Source: Diplonema japonicum (Eukaryota; Protista; Euglenozoa: Diplonemea). Taken from it: a DNA stretch of 64,000 nt. The position numbers were made by a program, and so were the translations under genes. The stretch is from contig OZ025658.1 in assembly GCA_964019335.1 (NCBI GenBank), positions 496,001 through 560,000 on the forward strand. Direction: 5' to 3'. Numbering within the stretch: position 1 is the stretch's first letter; each line of letters opens with the position of its first letter. Shown one piece after another: positions 1-11,200 of this stretch. The notes below the pieces were generated by a model that saw nothing but the letters and a program-made list of their open reading frames with translations, made no database searches and was not told the DNA's origin.

Positions 1-1607
1 ACCCAAGCATCGTTTCCGGCCCCTCTTTGACCGCCTCATCGTCTTTTTCTTCTTTATCTGACCAGTCGGGGGAGACTCACGTTTTCGCTGCTATTTTGAC
101 CATCTGATTTCATTTTAAGCCAACCCTGCCGGTTTCAATTAAAACAAAACTTTTAACGCAAAATGTAGTCCAAGACAAAATAAACCGCGCAACAATGCCA
201 TATTTTGAAGTCCACGGGCCGTGTTCAAAAAAAAGTACTTAGCGAAAAAGCAAATTTTGAAATAAGGACAAAAACGTCCGCGCGGGCGTTTAGGGGTTAG
301 GTAAAAACAGACGCTTGTATGCACGGACAAAAAAAAAGGATCGCGAAAACTAGTTTTTTTTTTTTTTTAAAGTTCTCGAACAAAAGAAGAAAAAAAAAAG
401 AATGATTGTGGCAAAGGTGGAAGAAAGGGTGAAAATAAAGTTACCACCTTTTTTGTACCATACCCCTGTTATTTTTATTTTTTAAATTCTTATTTTAGTT
501 TTATAAACTACAGCACAACACCAAAGGAAAAAAAAAAAAAAAAACCCGCAAACCCAAAGAAACCAAAATAAATCAACGTAGCTTTGTATTTCTCGGGAGG
601 GGTGCTCGAATATTTTACTAAACTATAAGATTTTTTCTTAAAAAAAAAAGTTCTTTTTTTTTATCTTTTAGATTTTTTTTTATTTCAATTTTGAAGAACA
701 AAAAAAAGGGGGCCTTTCTTTTGGGAGGAGGGAAAGCGCGGAAAGTAGCTTTTTTTTTTAAGAAAAAGAAAAAGAAAGACATTCCTGCCTTTCGTTCCCC
801 TCCCTCTCAAAGAAAAAAAAATATACCCCCCAAAAAAAACAGAAAAGATAATCCATAGTTTTTTGCACACGCTCTTGTGTTTTTTTTTCTCCTTTTTTGG
901 GGGGGGTTTCTTTTTTGTGATAAGAGTTTCCCCTCTTATTAATTTTTTTTTTCAATACCCGCAACATATAAGTGAAAAACCTTATTCGACTTCTCTGCCT
1001 CGCTGCTGCAATTAGTAAATTGGGAAAGAAAAAAAAAGATAACAATTTTATATTTTTTTGTTTATTTACCCCCCCCCCCCCCCCTTTCTCCCTATCCTAT
1101 TTTGCTTTCGACGAGGACACCAAGTAAAAATAAAATAATATAAAAGAAAAACTACACCCTCCTCACCACACTTTTTTTTAGTTATTTATCCCCCCCCCCC
1201 TTGGCGTGTCTCCGTGTTACAAACCAAAAAAAAAATAGTAATGAAAAAAAAAACCCATTTACCCATCCCTCTGTCACGCCCGCCAGTATAGCTGAGCAGG
1301 AGCTGACACTCTGTTATATATTTCTTTTTATTCCACATTTCCCCCCCTCCCTTTTTTTTTGAATCCACCCAATAGTCCAAGGGACATACACGCTTTTTTT
1401 TTCTTCTTCCCCCCTTTTTTTTTCTTCTCCCTCTTTCTTACCTCTGTTCCTCCCCACCCCCTTCTTTTTTTTATACCTTTTCCCCCCTCCAACGGGATGG
1501 ACCATCCTCCCCATTTTTATTTACCTCCCCCCTTTTGTACAAAAAAAACTCCATTCGCCCCCTTTTTTTATTAAAAAAAAATTAAAAGGAAGAGGGGACC
1601 ACGAAAC

Positions 1608-1906
1608 ATGGCACCTGTTGTGAGCAAAGTGGAACTTAACTGCTTGGTGTACAAGTACCTGAAGGAAGCATGCCCAGCAGCAGGAAAGGCCTTTAAGAAA
1701 AGCGACGGGATTGTGATAGATGAGGCAGCGTGCAGCAAGATCTTCGGGGAGAAGACGCTCAAGGACCTCACACAGAACCTCACCACCAGGCCCGCATCTT
1801 CATCTTCCTCATCCTCATCCTCGTCTGACAGCGACAGCGACAGCGACAGCGACGAGCCGAAAAAACAGCCCACCCCTAAGACAGCCCCCAAAGTAGCTAA
1901 CAAGGA

Positions 1907-1951
<45 letters not shown>

Positions 1952-3173
1952 TGACAGCGACAGTGACGAGCCCAAGAAACAGCCCACCCCCAAAGCCGCC
2001 CCCAAAGCTGCTAAGGACGCCTCCTCTTCATCTTCTTCTTCATCTTCATCGGACAGTGACAGTGACAGCGACAGTGATGAACCTAAAAAAGCGGTGACGC
2101 CCAAGGCAACACCCGCACCTGTGAAGGACGACTCCTCATCTTCGTCTTCGTCTTCATCGGACAGCGACAGCGACAGTGACGAGCCTAAAAAAGCGGCGAC
2201 CCCCAAGCCCAAGGCAGCAGCACAGCCGGCGAAGGACGACTCATCTTCGTCGAGCAGTTCCAGCGACAGCGACAGCGACAGCGACAGCGATGACAAGCCT
2301 GCACCGAAGGCTGCTGTTGCTAAAGACGACTCGTCGTCATCATCATCATCATCTTCTTCAGACAGCGACAGCGAACCGGCTGCGAAGAAAGCCAAGAAGT
2401 CGCCTGCAGCAAAGCCAAAGTCCCCGAAACGTGCTGGGGAGGACATGGTGGAGAAGAGCGCAAAGAAGACAAAGACAGCGGACGAAGAATGGGACAACTG
2501 GGACAACGATTGGAAGAAGAACAAGAAGGTATGCTAAATAGAGAAAAAAAGGGGGGGGGGAAACATATAAATGAGCTCGTCCGGATTAAAATGTCACCAC
2601 CCAAAGTGACCCCAAAGGTTTCACAGATTTTCAATCTGCGTCCATTCCTTCGTCACTTTTCACGGAAAAGGGAAAGAAGAAATGGAGTCTAGGTTATTTG
2701 TAATTTCCAAATGCCAAAAACCATTCTAAAAAACATGTTTTTGCACGCGCGTTTTAAAAATAAAACAAACGGCAAGCATTTTAGTCTATATGGTGATCAA
2801 GCCTAGACCGCAATTCTGCACACAAAGTGGTGTCATCTGACTACTTTTCTACGTATTTTTTTTCTTTCAAAAGGAGCCGGTGAAGAGGTTCAGCAGGATC
2901 AACGTGGAGAAGGTGGTGTTCCAGAACGAAGCGCTGAAGGACAACACCTACGAGAGCATCAGGCCGCATGACGAAATGGTCAACGAGTTCTCCTACAAGG
3001 CCCACCAGGACCTGATCATCACACGGGGCAAGGGCTTCACAAAAGCGAAGAACAAGAAGAAGAAGCAGACATACAGGGCTGGTATCATCGACCAGACTGG
3101 TGTCAGAAGCTACAAGTTTGACAGGTATGCGCTGCACCAAGACAACACCACACACCACAGCGACAGCGACTAG
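1608..3173 (+). CDS. NOLC1: Nopp140/SRP40-like nucleolar phosphoprotein, 2 exons (1608-2528, 2874-3173; 406 aa)
   Basis: LisH-like N-terminus (LNCLVYKYLKE), alternating poly-Ser/SD acidic and K/P/A basic repeats. A phase-0 intron (GT 2529, AG 2873) joins an SRP40_C-type domain (KRFSRI...DNTY...AHQDLIITRGKGFTKAKNKKKKQTYRAG...SYKFD). Confidence 0.9.
1795..2372 (+). repeat. Coding (TCA/TCT)n and (GACAGC)n repeats encoding the Ser and Ser-Asp blocks of Nopp140
   Basis: Repeated SSSS-SDSDSD-EPKK modules; long TCA run near 1908-1950. Confidence 0.9.
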
Positions 3174-3391
3174 GCCACTCTTGTCATCTACATACGGTTT
3201 ATTATTATTATTTTATTTTTTTCCACCCTTCATTTTTTCTTTTCTCTTCTTCTTCTCCCTTCATTTTTTTCTCCCCAATGCTTTGTGCTAGTCCTTTCTC
3301 CTTACGTTAACCCCCCCCCCCCCCCCGTTCTGATCATATTCATTGCTTTTTGCCCAACATTTTGCAATCCCCCCCCCCCCCCCCCCCCTCT

Positions 3392-3476
3392 GCCGGTGAT
3401 GATAACACTTACACGATGTCATTCTTGCACCGACCCTTTCACATGAGAACTTGACTTTAAAGGCGAAACTGACGGC
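3392..3476 (+). ncRNA. Box C/D guide RNA (snoRNA/scaRNA-like), predicted to guide U6 and U5 snRNA 2'-O-methylation
   Basis: Terminal stem GCCG (3392-3395)/CGGC (3473-3476); C box GTGATGA 3396-3402; D' CCGA 3430-3433; C'-like ATGAGA 3443-3448; D box CTGA 3469-3472. Guides TGTCATTCTTGC (3417-3428) and AAAGGCGAAA (3459-3468) are complementary to conserved U6 and U5 segments. Confidence 0.8.
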
Positions 3477-3573
3477 TTTCTTGGTGCGTGTTGCGCGGGG
3501 GTGGTAACTCAAATAAAAATTTTAAAATAAAATAAAAACCAACACATCAAAACTGTCTAGGCACAAATAAAAA

Positions 3574-4965
3574 ATGTTATCAAACTTGATAATGCTGGCC
3601 AGCACGGTGGCCTTGACGCCCGCTGACTTCGAGATTACCAGCATGCCTGGGCTCGAGGGACAGCTGAACTTCAAGCAGTACTCCGGATACATGCCGCTGA
3701 ATGACGGCCACGGCACCGAACTGTTCTTCTGGTTCGTGGAGTCGCAGAGGTCCCCTTCAACGGACCCTGTGGCGCTCTGGATGAACGGTGGCCCAGGGTC
3801 ATCATCAGTGGCGTACGGGTTCTGGACCGAGCACGGGCCCTTCAGACTGGCTGACGATGGTCAGGGAAGCTACAAGCCTGAGCTCTACCCATACAGCTGG
3901 AACAGGATCGCGAACGTGATCTACCTGGAGGCACCTGCTGGTGTGGGATTCTCCTTCTCCGCTGACGAGTCGAAGTACCACAACATCACTGACGCGCAGT
4001 CCTCGCACGACAACTTCCTCTTCCTGCAGGCCTTCTTCAGCGTCTTCACGCAGTTCAAGACCAATGACTTCTACATCACAGCCGAGTCCTACGGCGGACA
4101 CTACGGCCCCACCCTCGCAGAGCAGCTCATCGACAACGCCAACGACATCAACATGAAGGGGCTTCTCATCGGGAACCCCGGCATCAACAGCGACTGGTAC
4201 TACAACGTCAACCAATACGCTTGGGTCACCTTCATGTGGAGCCACGGGCTGATCCCCGCACCCCAGTACTTCAAAGCCGTGGACGCCTGCGGGTGGAACC
4301 AGTTCTTCAACAACTGTTCGAAGGACTTCACGCACCCCAGCCCTGCCTGCTTGGACGCCACGTCTAAAGCCACGCAGCGCATCCCATCGCCGCTGGACCC
4401 TTACAACGTGCTGGTGCCCACCTGCCACGGGAACAACGAGGGCGAGAAGTTCGTGAAGGAGTACACCCCGCAGTTCTACGAGATGACAAAGAAGCTTGGG
4501 ACGAACATCACCTACAACCCGTGCATCTCCGACTGGACTGCCAAGTACATGAACCGCCCTGACGTGCTCAAGGCCGTCCATGCTGACGTCCACTACACCC
4601 GCAAGTGGCCCAACCACCCGGCTGGCTGGTACTACAACGAGGGTGTCGAGGGTGCGAAGAAGGACATCGCCCTGCTGTACCCGAAGTTCTTCTCGAAGAG
4701 GCCTACATGGAAGCAGATCGTGGTGAGCGGCACCGCTGACTCCGCCGTCCCCTTCCTCGGTACAGAGAGGTGGATGAACTGCCTTGGGAGGCCTATCAAG
4801 AAGGACTCCTACGCCTGGAAGCTGAACAAGGACGTGGCCGGCATGGTGAAGGAGTGGGACATGATCACCCTAGTTACAGTGAAGGGGTGCGGGCACACCA
4901 TCCCCACTTACTGTCCCGAGAAGGGCTTTGCCTTCTTCGAGAACTGGCTCACCAACAACTGGTAA
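3574..4965 (+). CDS. Secreted/lysosomal serine carboxypeptidase (peptidase S10)
   Basis: Signal peptide; QYSGY, LFFWFVES, WMNGGPGSSS, EHGPF, AESYGGHY (catalytic Ser), SGTADSAVP (Asp), GCGHTIP (His). Confidence 0.95.
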   Translation: MLSNLIMLASTVALTPADFEITSMPGLEGQLNFKQYSGYMPLNDGHGTELFFWFVESQRSPSTDPVALWMNGGPGSSSVAYGFWTEHGPFRLADDGQGSYKPELYPYSWNRIANVIYLEAPAGVGFSFSADESKYHNITDAQSSHDNFLFLQAFFSVFTQFKTNDFYITAESYGGHYGPTLAEQLIDNANDINMKGLLIGNPGINSDWYYNVNQYAWVTFMWSHGLIPAPQYFKAVDACGWNQFFNNCSKDFTHPSPACLDATSKATQRIPSPLDPYNVLVPTCHGNNEGEKFVKEYTPQFYEMTKKLGTNITYNPCISDWTAKYMNRPDVLKAVHADVHYTRKWPNHPAGWYYNEGVEGAKKDIALLYPKFFSKRPTWKQIVVSGTADSAVPFLGTERWMNCLGRPIKKDSYAWKLNKDVAGMVKEWDMITLVTVKGCGHTIPTYCPEKGFAFFENWLTNNW

Positions 4966-5163
4966 ACACCTGTATCATGTAACAAACGTTAACTAAGGAA
5001 ACGCTCGTGTTGTGATGTCACACAGGAGCGGCACACCGTGTAGCGCTGCTCCTGTCAAAGCGTGCTCGTCTTGTGTTTTCTTATTTTTGTCTTTTCTTTT
5101 TTTTTTTTAAACTCTTCTTTCTATTGAAATATTTAGTCTGAATTGATCCACTTACCACAAAGG

Positions 5164-6738
5164 ATGCAAAATGACAATGTGACAGCAACAGCGGTCATTG
5201 AAGAAGAGGATGGTGTGAATAACATCCTGAACATTGTCATACTTGGGGTGGTGCCGTGTATTGTTCTTATCTGCGGGCTGATAGCCTTGCTGTGGCACAA
5301 GAGGGGCAAGAACGACTGGCTGGCAGATGTAGGCCCGGAACAGATCGAAGCGATGCGGAACCTGAACATCATCCCTGGGGGCTGTGTCGGGATCGAAAAG
5401 TGCGGCATCTGCACGCTGCCCTTAGAAAACGGCCTGTGCGAAAAGCACGGTGACGGGAAGGTGAAGACTAAGGCACCCACGCCCAGCGATGCACCCATGC
5501 CGGTCGTAAGAAGAGCGTCGAAAAAAAGCTTTAACATAATAAGGTTCGAGGAGGAGGCAATGAAGGACTCCATGGCCACCTCCAGCATCAAGGACACCCA
5601 GACGGACTCGCCCGTACATCAGCCGCTCATCTCCCTCTACACTTCCTTCTCATCCCCGGTGGCCACCTCTAAGATCGCCCTTGACATGCGGCAGGCGAAC
5701 TCTGCCCCCCTCATAGTTAACACCTCCTGCATTTCTATACCGCTGGAGCCGAGACACGAGATGGAACCAAGGGGCGACGACGATATCAGATTGGAGAAAG
5801 TCTCGACGGCACCCAGTACCACTACGGCACCTAGTATCACGACACCTTCCCTACACCTGCTCGAGACACCCCTCCTGACCCCAGCTGCCTCGCCACTGAT
5901 AATAATGAGCAATGATAGTAACAAAAGCAAAAGTAAAAGTGAGGCACCCGTCCCCACCCCCCCTGTCCCCGCCATCCCCTCTGTCCCCACCATCCCTGCT
6001 CTCGTGACTCCCTCGCACCTCGACGCCCCGTCTTGGAAGATCGGACTCCCTTGGGCGTCATCCAAGCGGAAAATGCACAGGCCGCCGTCCTTGATCTCAG
6101 AGGACAAGCTGGGCGCCTCGCAGGCGACACCGCCCATGGTGCCCCATCCCCCCCAAGCACCGAATGGGGTTTTGTATTATGAAGATGCTGAGAGCGCTGC
6201 TTGCGGCGAGTGCTCGGCACGACGTGCTGTGCAGTGCAGGGACTGCAGAGCCGTGTGGTGCGAGGCGTGCCTGAAGCGGCACACCGAACCGCGCCCTGCG
6301 CACATGCAGGAGTGCGAGCACAAGTTGAACATTTACTTCAATAGATGCGTGCGGTGCAAGGGCGCTGCGTTGTTTGGGTGCCTCGGGTGCTGCGATGGGA
6401 CATGGTGCGCGGACTGCATCACCCACCACCTCGCAGAGGCACCCAATGAGGGCAGGCGCTTCCTGTACACAGACAGCAGCTCCATCCTGCAGTACACGAA
6501 GTACTTTGAGCACACTTTAGATGCAGGCGCTGCTGTGGTGCAGGACCCCATGGTAGCAGGCATGCTGCTTATCAACGAGACCTCTCGCTTGTCGAGCAGT
6601 GGCAGAACTTCCACTCTGCGCCTTTCGAGCACTCGGTCCTTGGGGACAGGCTCGCCTCTCTTGCTCTCTACTACCACACATGCCAGCCTGGCTTCCCCAC
6701 CCTATGTGCCACGCGCTATAAACCCGGATGACCTATAA
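5164..6738 (+). CDS. Single-pass membrane protein with Pro/Ser-rich linker and C-terminal Cys/His zinc fingers (B-box-like)
   Basis: First ATG at 5164; hydrophobic ILNIVILGVVPCIVLICGLIALLW; two CxxC...CxxC...WCxxC..H clusters at about 6200-6430. Confidence 0.65.
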   Translation: MQNDNVTATAVIEEEDGVNNILNIVILGVVPCIVLICGLIALLWHKRGKNDWLADVGPEQIEAMRNLNIIPGGCVGIEKCGICTLPLENGLCEKHGDGKVKTKAPTPSDAPMPVVRRASKKSFNIIRFEEEAMKDSMATSSIKDTQTDSPVHQPLISLYTSFSSPVATSKIALDMRQANSAPLIVNTSCISIPLEPRHEMEPRGDDDIRLEKVSTAPSTTTAPSITTPSLHLLETPLLTPAASPLIIMSNDSNKSKSKSEAPVPTPPVPAIPSVPTIPALVTPSHLDAPSWKIGLPWASSKRKMHRPPSLISEDKLGASQATPPMVPHPPQAPNGVLYYEDAESAACGECSARRAVQCRDCRAVWCEACLKRHTEPRPAHMQECEHKLNIYFNRCVRCKGAALFGCLGCCDGTWCADCITHHLAEAPNEGRRFLYTDSSSILQYTKYFEHTLDAGAAVVQDPMVAGMLLINETSRLSSSGRTSTLRLSSTRSLGTGSPLLLSTTTHASLASPPYVPRAINPDDL

Positions 6739-8297
6739 TCAACTAAGGGGTGTCTTGTACGCCTCGTGTTCACGAAGAAGAAGAAAGAAGAAAAAAAAGA
6801 GGAGAAAGGTATATTGATAGAGCCTTTAGCGTAACCATGCCGTCTGTAGCTACGAAAGAAACAAGAAAATAACTAGAAAATAATGAAAACAAGAAAACAC
6901 ACCGCAACAAAAATATATGTTCTAATCCTTTATCCGATGTCATCCCCACCCCCTTTAAAAAAAAAAGCCAAGCAACGAAAAAGAATGAAGAAGAAAAAAA
7001 AGGAAAAAAGGGAGCTTACTTCTGCCTAGGGCAGGTATTGATTACTGCGGGCCTGCTGCCCGCGGTACCTTAACTTTTATTTCATTTTATTTTCTTCCCC
7101 CCCCCACCCAAAGGGAAAACAGAAACTTTATTTGCTCCCTACCTGCTTCACGTGTCTCTTAACCGATACGCCCCCGGCAGGATAGCTCGGCGTGGCATAG
7201 ATTTGTGTTTTTTTTTTAAAGTCTCCCTTCCCCTCTGGACCGAAATTCCTTGTTCCACTCTCTCGACCTTATTTGTTTTTCCCCCCTTTTCCAAATGCTG
7301 TTTCTAGTAACAGGGCTTGGCGTGGTGCAACTTTACTTCAACAATGTACTTTTTTTTGTTACAAATATTTATCTTTCAAAAAAAAAAATATGATTTTATA
7401 GCTATATGCAACTTGTGCCGAGCAAAACTTCTTCACAGCTTTTTAAAAAGCGAACAACAAAGACATATAGTCATAAAGAATTATTTTTTTTTACCTCTCG
7501 CTTTCCCTGTCTCTTTTTCAGATCAAACAAGGGGGGGAAATGGAAACCCTGAGACCGTTGTTGCCTGTATTTGCCCCCCCCCCCCCCCCCAATATGTCTT
7601 ATGTGTATTCTTGTGTGCTGGCGTTGATGAGACTTGAACGTAAAGAAAATAAAAAAGAAAAGGGTGAGAGAAAGAAGATGACAAAAAAAATAAAACCATA
7701 ATCTTTTTTTTTAAATCACTGTCACAAATTTTCTGTTATTCCTCCCCCCCCCCCCTCTCCTCCCCCTCGATCTTTGATCTTTCGCAAAAGTGGTTTTGGC
7801 CGCTCGCTATTCTGCATTATCTTGTTGCCAAATGTGAATGGGCTACACAAAAAAAATTTTTTTTACCCTTTTGCGAAATACTGTATAACGAATACCTTTC
7901 GTCAAGGGAGAAATGAGCTACACAAAAAAAAAAACTTTTTGCCCTTACTTCAATGGACTGCTACACCTAAGTGGATGTATACCGCATTTTTAGTCTTGCC
8001 AGCTGAAGCAGTCTGGGCACAATTGATCACTCCAAAAGAACAGTGCACGGCATGGTGTGTTTTACCTTTTGCCCGGTGATTGGAACAAAAAAAAATGAAT
8101 AAAACCCTTTTTCGATCTACGGTACTTCTTTTTTTTTCTTCTCTTCTAAAATCTCCTGTTCGGTCACCCCTCCTCCCCCCCCGTTTCATAACAACCTGCC
8201 TTTATTGATAGTAGCTGTACTCATTTATTTGTTCTGTCACCTCCCTTTTTTTTCCTTCTTCGTAATTAAATTCACGAAAATAAAAAGGAAGGTACCG

Positions 8298-11200
8298 ATG
8301 GAGCGACGGGCAGTGTTGCTGGTTCTGCTGGTGCAAAGCTGGGTCGCTGTGGGTACTTTGAACAATGGTTTGGTGCTGTACATGCCTTTCAACGGCAATA
8401 CCCAAGACGAGTCGGGTAACTCAAACCACGGGACGAGCTCAGGCTCCCCTACGCTAGTGGCGGACAAGTATGGAAATGCCAACAGCGCATACTCCTTCGA
8501 TGGCACGGACGACAAGATCGATATCCCTGACGCAGCATCTTTGCAGCTTAATGGTGCATTCTCTTTTGCCTGTTGGGCCACCCAAGACAGAGCGGGCACC
8601 GCATCCTGGCCACCCGCAGTCCTTGGCCACTCCACGCAAAGCAGCCCCTACCCCTGGCGTTACGTGGCTGCCCTGCGTGTCGACAATTCCAACACGCTCC
8701 AGTTCGTCGTCACCAGCGAAGAGGCCAGCAGCGGTTGGAAAGCGGCCAGCAATGGCGGAACCACGCCTTCCGCTGGTACCTGGTTCCACCTTGCCGGGAC
8801 ATGGAACCCCACCACTAAGACCGCCATTTTTTATTTGGATGGTACCGAGGTGAACCGCTTCACGCAGGACCCCATCACACGCATCCAGTTCGACGACGGG
8901 ATCAAGATAGGGCACTACCCGAGGGAGAACTCCTGGTGGAAGGGCATGATCGATGAGGTCAGGGTCTACAACAGGGTTCTTACTGACCAGGAGGTCTTTC
9001 TTCTGACGGTTGCACCCACTGACGCTCCTGACACAGCTGCTCCAGCTACACCTGCACCTGACACTCCCGCACCCGACACCCCTGCACCCGACACTCCTGC
9101 GCCTGACACGCCCGCGCCAGACACTCCTGCACCTGACACACCTGCACCTGACACGCCTGCACCGGACACTCCTGCGCCTGACACGCCTGCACCCGACACG
9201 CCCGCACCTGACACACCCGTACCGGACACCCTTGCACCGGACACTCCTGCGCCTGACACTCTTGCACCTGCTACTCCTGCACCTGACACGCCCGCACCTG
9301 ACACGCCTGCACCCGACACTCCTGCGCCTGACACTCCTGCACCGGCTACTCCTGCACCCGACACGCCTGCACCTGACACGCCTGCACCCGACACGCCTGC
9401 ACCCGACACACTTGCGCCTCCTACCCCTGCACCGCCGACTCCTGCTCCACCTACTTCTGCACCTGACACACCTGCACCGCCCACACCAGCACCCCCTACT
9501 CTCGCACCACCCACGCCAGCACCCCCTACTCCTGCGCCACCGACGAATGCCCCTCCAACCCCGGCACCTCCAACCCCAGCACCCCCCACGCCAGCGCCTC
9601 CTACCTTGGCACCACCAACTCTCGCGCCTCCTACCCCCAGTCCCCCAACCCCAGCGCCACCTACCCTAAGCCCCTCAACACCGGCACCTGATACGATGGC
9701 GCCCCCAACAGCAATACCAACGGCACAGCCCACCGCTGCCCCTTCCACCAACGTCCCTCGCACCTTTGCCCCGTTCACCGCAGCACCCGAAACCGATGTC
9801 CCCATCACAGATGTGCCTCCTTCCTTGTCCCCGGACACAAGGGCACCATCCACATCTGCTCCTGACACGCGACCCCCCTCTACATCAGCCCCTCGGACGG
9901 CACTGCCTCCCACGTTTGGTCCCCCGACACCCATGCCTACTGACGAAACTGATGCACCGAGCACACCGGTCCCGAGGGTCGAAGGCAAAGGGAAGACGTA
10001 CCTGGAGTTAGGGACGATGCGTGTTACCTCGAAAGACATCCAGAACAACGGTGGTGTGATGGAAATAAAGTTAAATGGAGGCACTGTCATGAAATGGGAG
10101 GCGAAATATCTGAGTGTGCTTGTAAAGTACCCAGGAGGCGAGGTGCTGTGCACGGCAAGCGAGGAGCCTATGATGTGCGACGGGAGAGCCTGCGTGGTGC
10201 TCGAGACGGACACCAAGGACGGCGACTCGCCGTACGGGCTGGCTTCACTTGTTCAAAAGGACTTGAGCATCGTCACGGCGGAGCTCGTGAAGCGGGACAC
10301 CAGCGTGGCCGATGCACTGAATGGGACAGACGTCATCAGGCTGGTCGTGAAGAGCACGGAATTCAGAGCTTACTCGCCAAACAGCGAGCAGCTGAAGATC
10401 TCCGTGGCGGGGGGCATGTTTGAGAGGGAGACGATGGGCGACCTGTGCAAGCTAAGCGAAGCGGACCGAAGCGAGACGATGCTGGTGTGCGACTGCGGCA
10501 AAGCCACATGCGAGGCGTCCGTCAAGTTGGAGTCGCAGACCAAAATACCGAACTCAGAGGAAGCCGAAACAGTGCGCGAGACGAGCGCCGCCGCCATTGT
10601 GGCAGCATCCGTGTTCATGCCCGCCTCGCCTACTACAGGGGGTGCCGTCACAAGGATGTCGCTGCTCTTGAAGACTATGTACTGCCCTTCAGATGGCCCT
10701 ACGAAAATGGACAGGACGCTGAACCCCCTCGGACTGACTATCGGCAAGAAACAGACCGAGGAGGTTAACGGCGCCCTGGTGGGCAGCATCGCACTGCAGG
10801 CAGGCTTCTTGTTGCTGTGCGGCGTTCTCGTGTACTGCATCTCCCTGCGACAGGGAAGGAAAGGCGACAGAGCGCATGGGATGGACGACCCAACGCTCGA
10901 GCGACACGGCCAGTCGTGGATCTACATCATGGCAAGGGCGAGGGTAGGCTGGGTGCTGGTACCGGTCGTCTTCCTGTACGGCGGCGCAATCCTCAGCGGG
11001 ACTGGGGCACTGCTATACTCGTCTGTGGGGATGAAGCTCGCGGGGGTTGCGGATCTTCTAGCTTTCGGTTGCGGGTTTCTCTACTACGTGTTCATGACAG
11101 GGAGGCGGGCAGCACTGCACGCAGAGGTGCACCCAACGAACCCCACAAGCACCCTAACACGTGTGTTCTGGGGGGAAAGCGAATGGGTCTCAAAACCACA

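Noticed and set aside
1-112. Start of a minus-strand gene at the window edge
   Set aside because: ATG-initiated frames stop quickly; too little sequence to support a model.
2529-2873. Intronic snoRNA in the long Nopp140 intron
   Set aside because: A CTGA is present near the 3' end, but there is no canonical C box at a suitable distance, no terminal stem and no recognisable guide.
7150-7204. Single-hairpin AGA-box (H/ACA-like) RNA
   Set aside because: Stem and pocket geometry and the distance to AGA do not fit.
8966-10216. Long antisense ORFs (also 1571-2524 and 33576-35120)
   Set aside because: Mirror images of repeat-rich sense coding sequence; stop-free because of codon composition.
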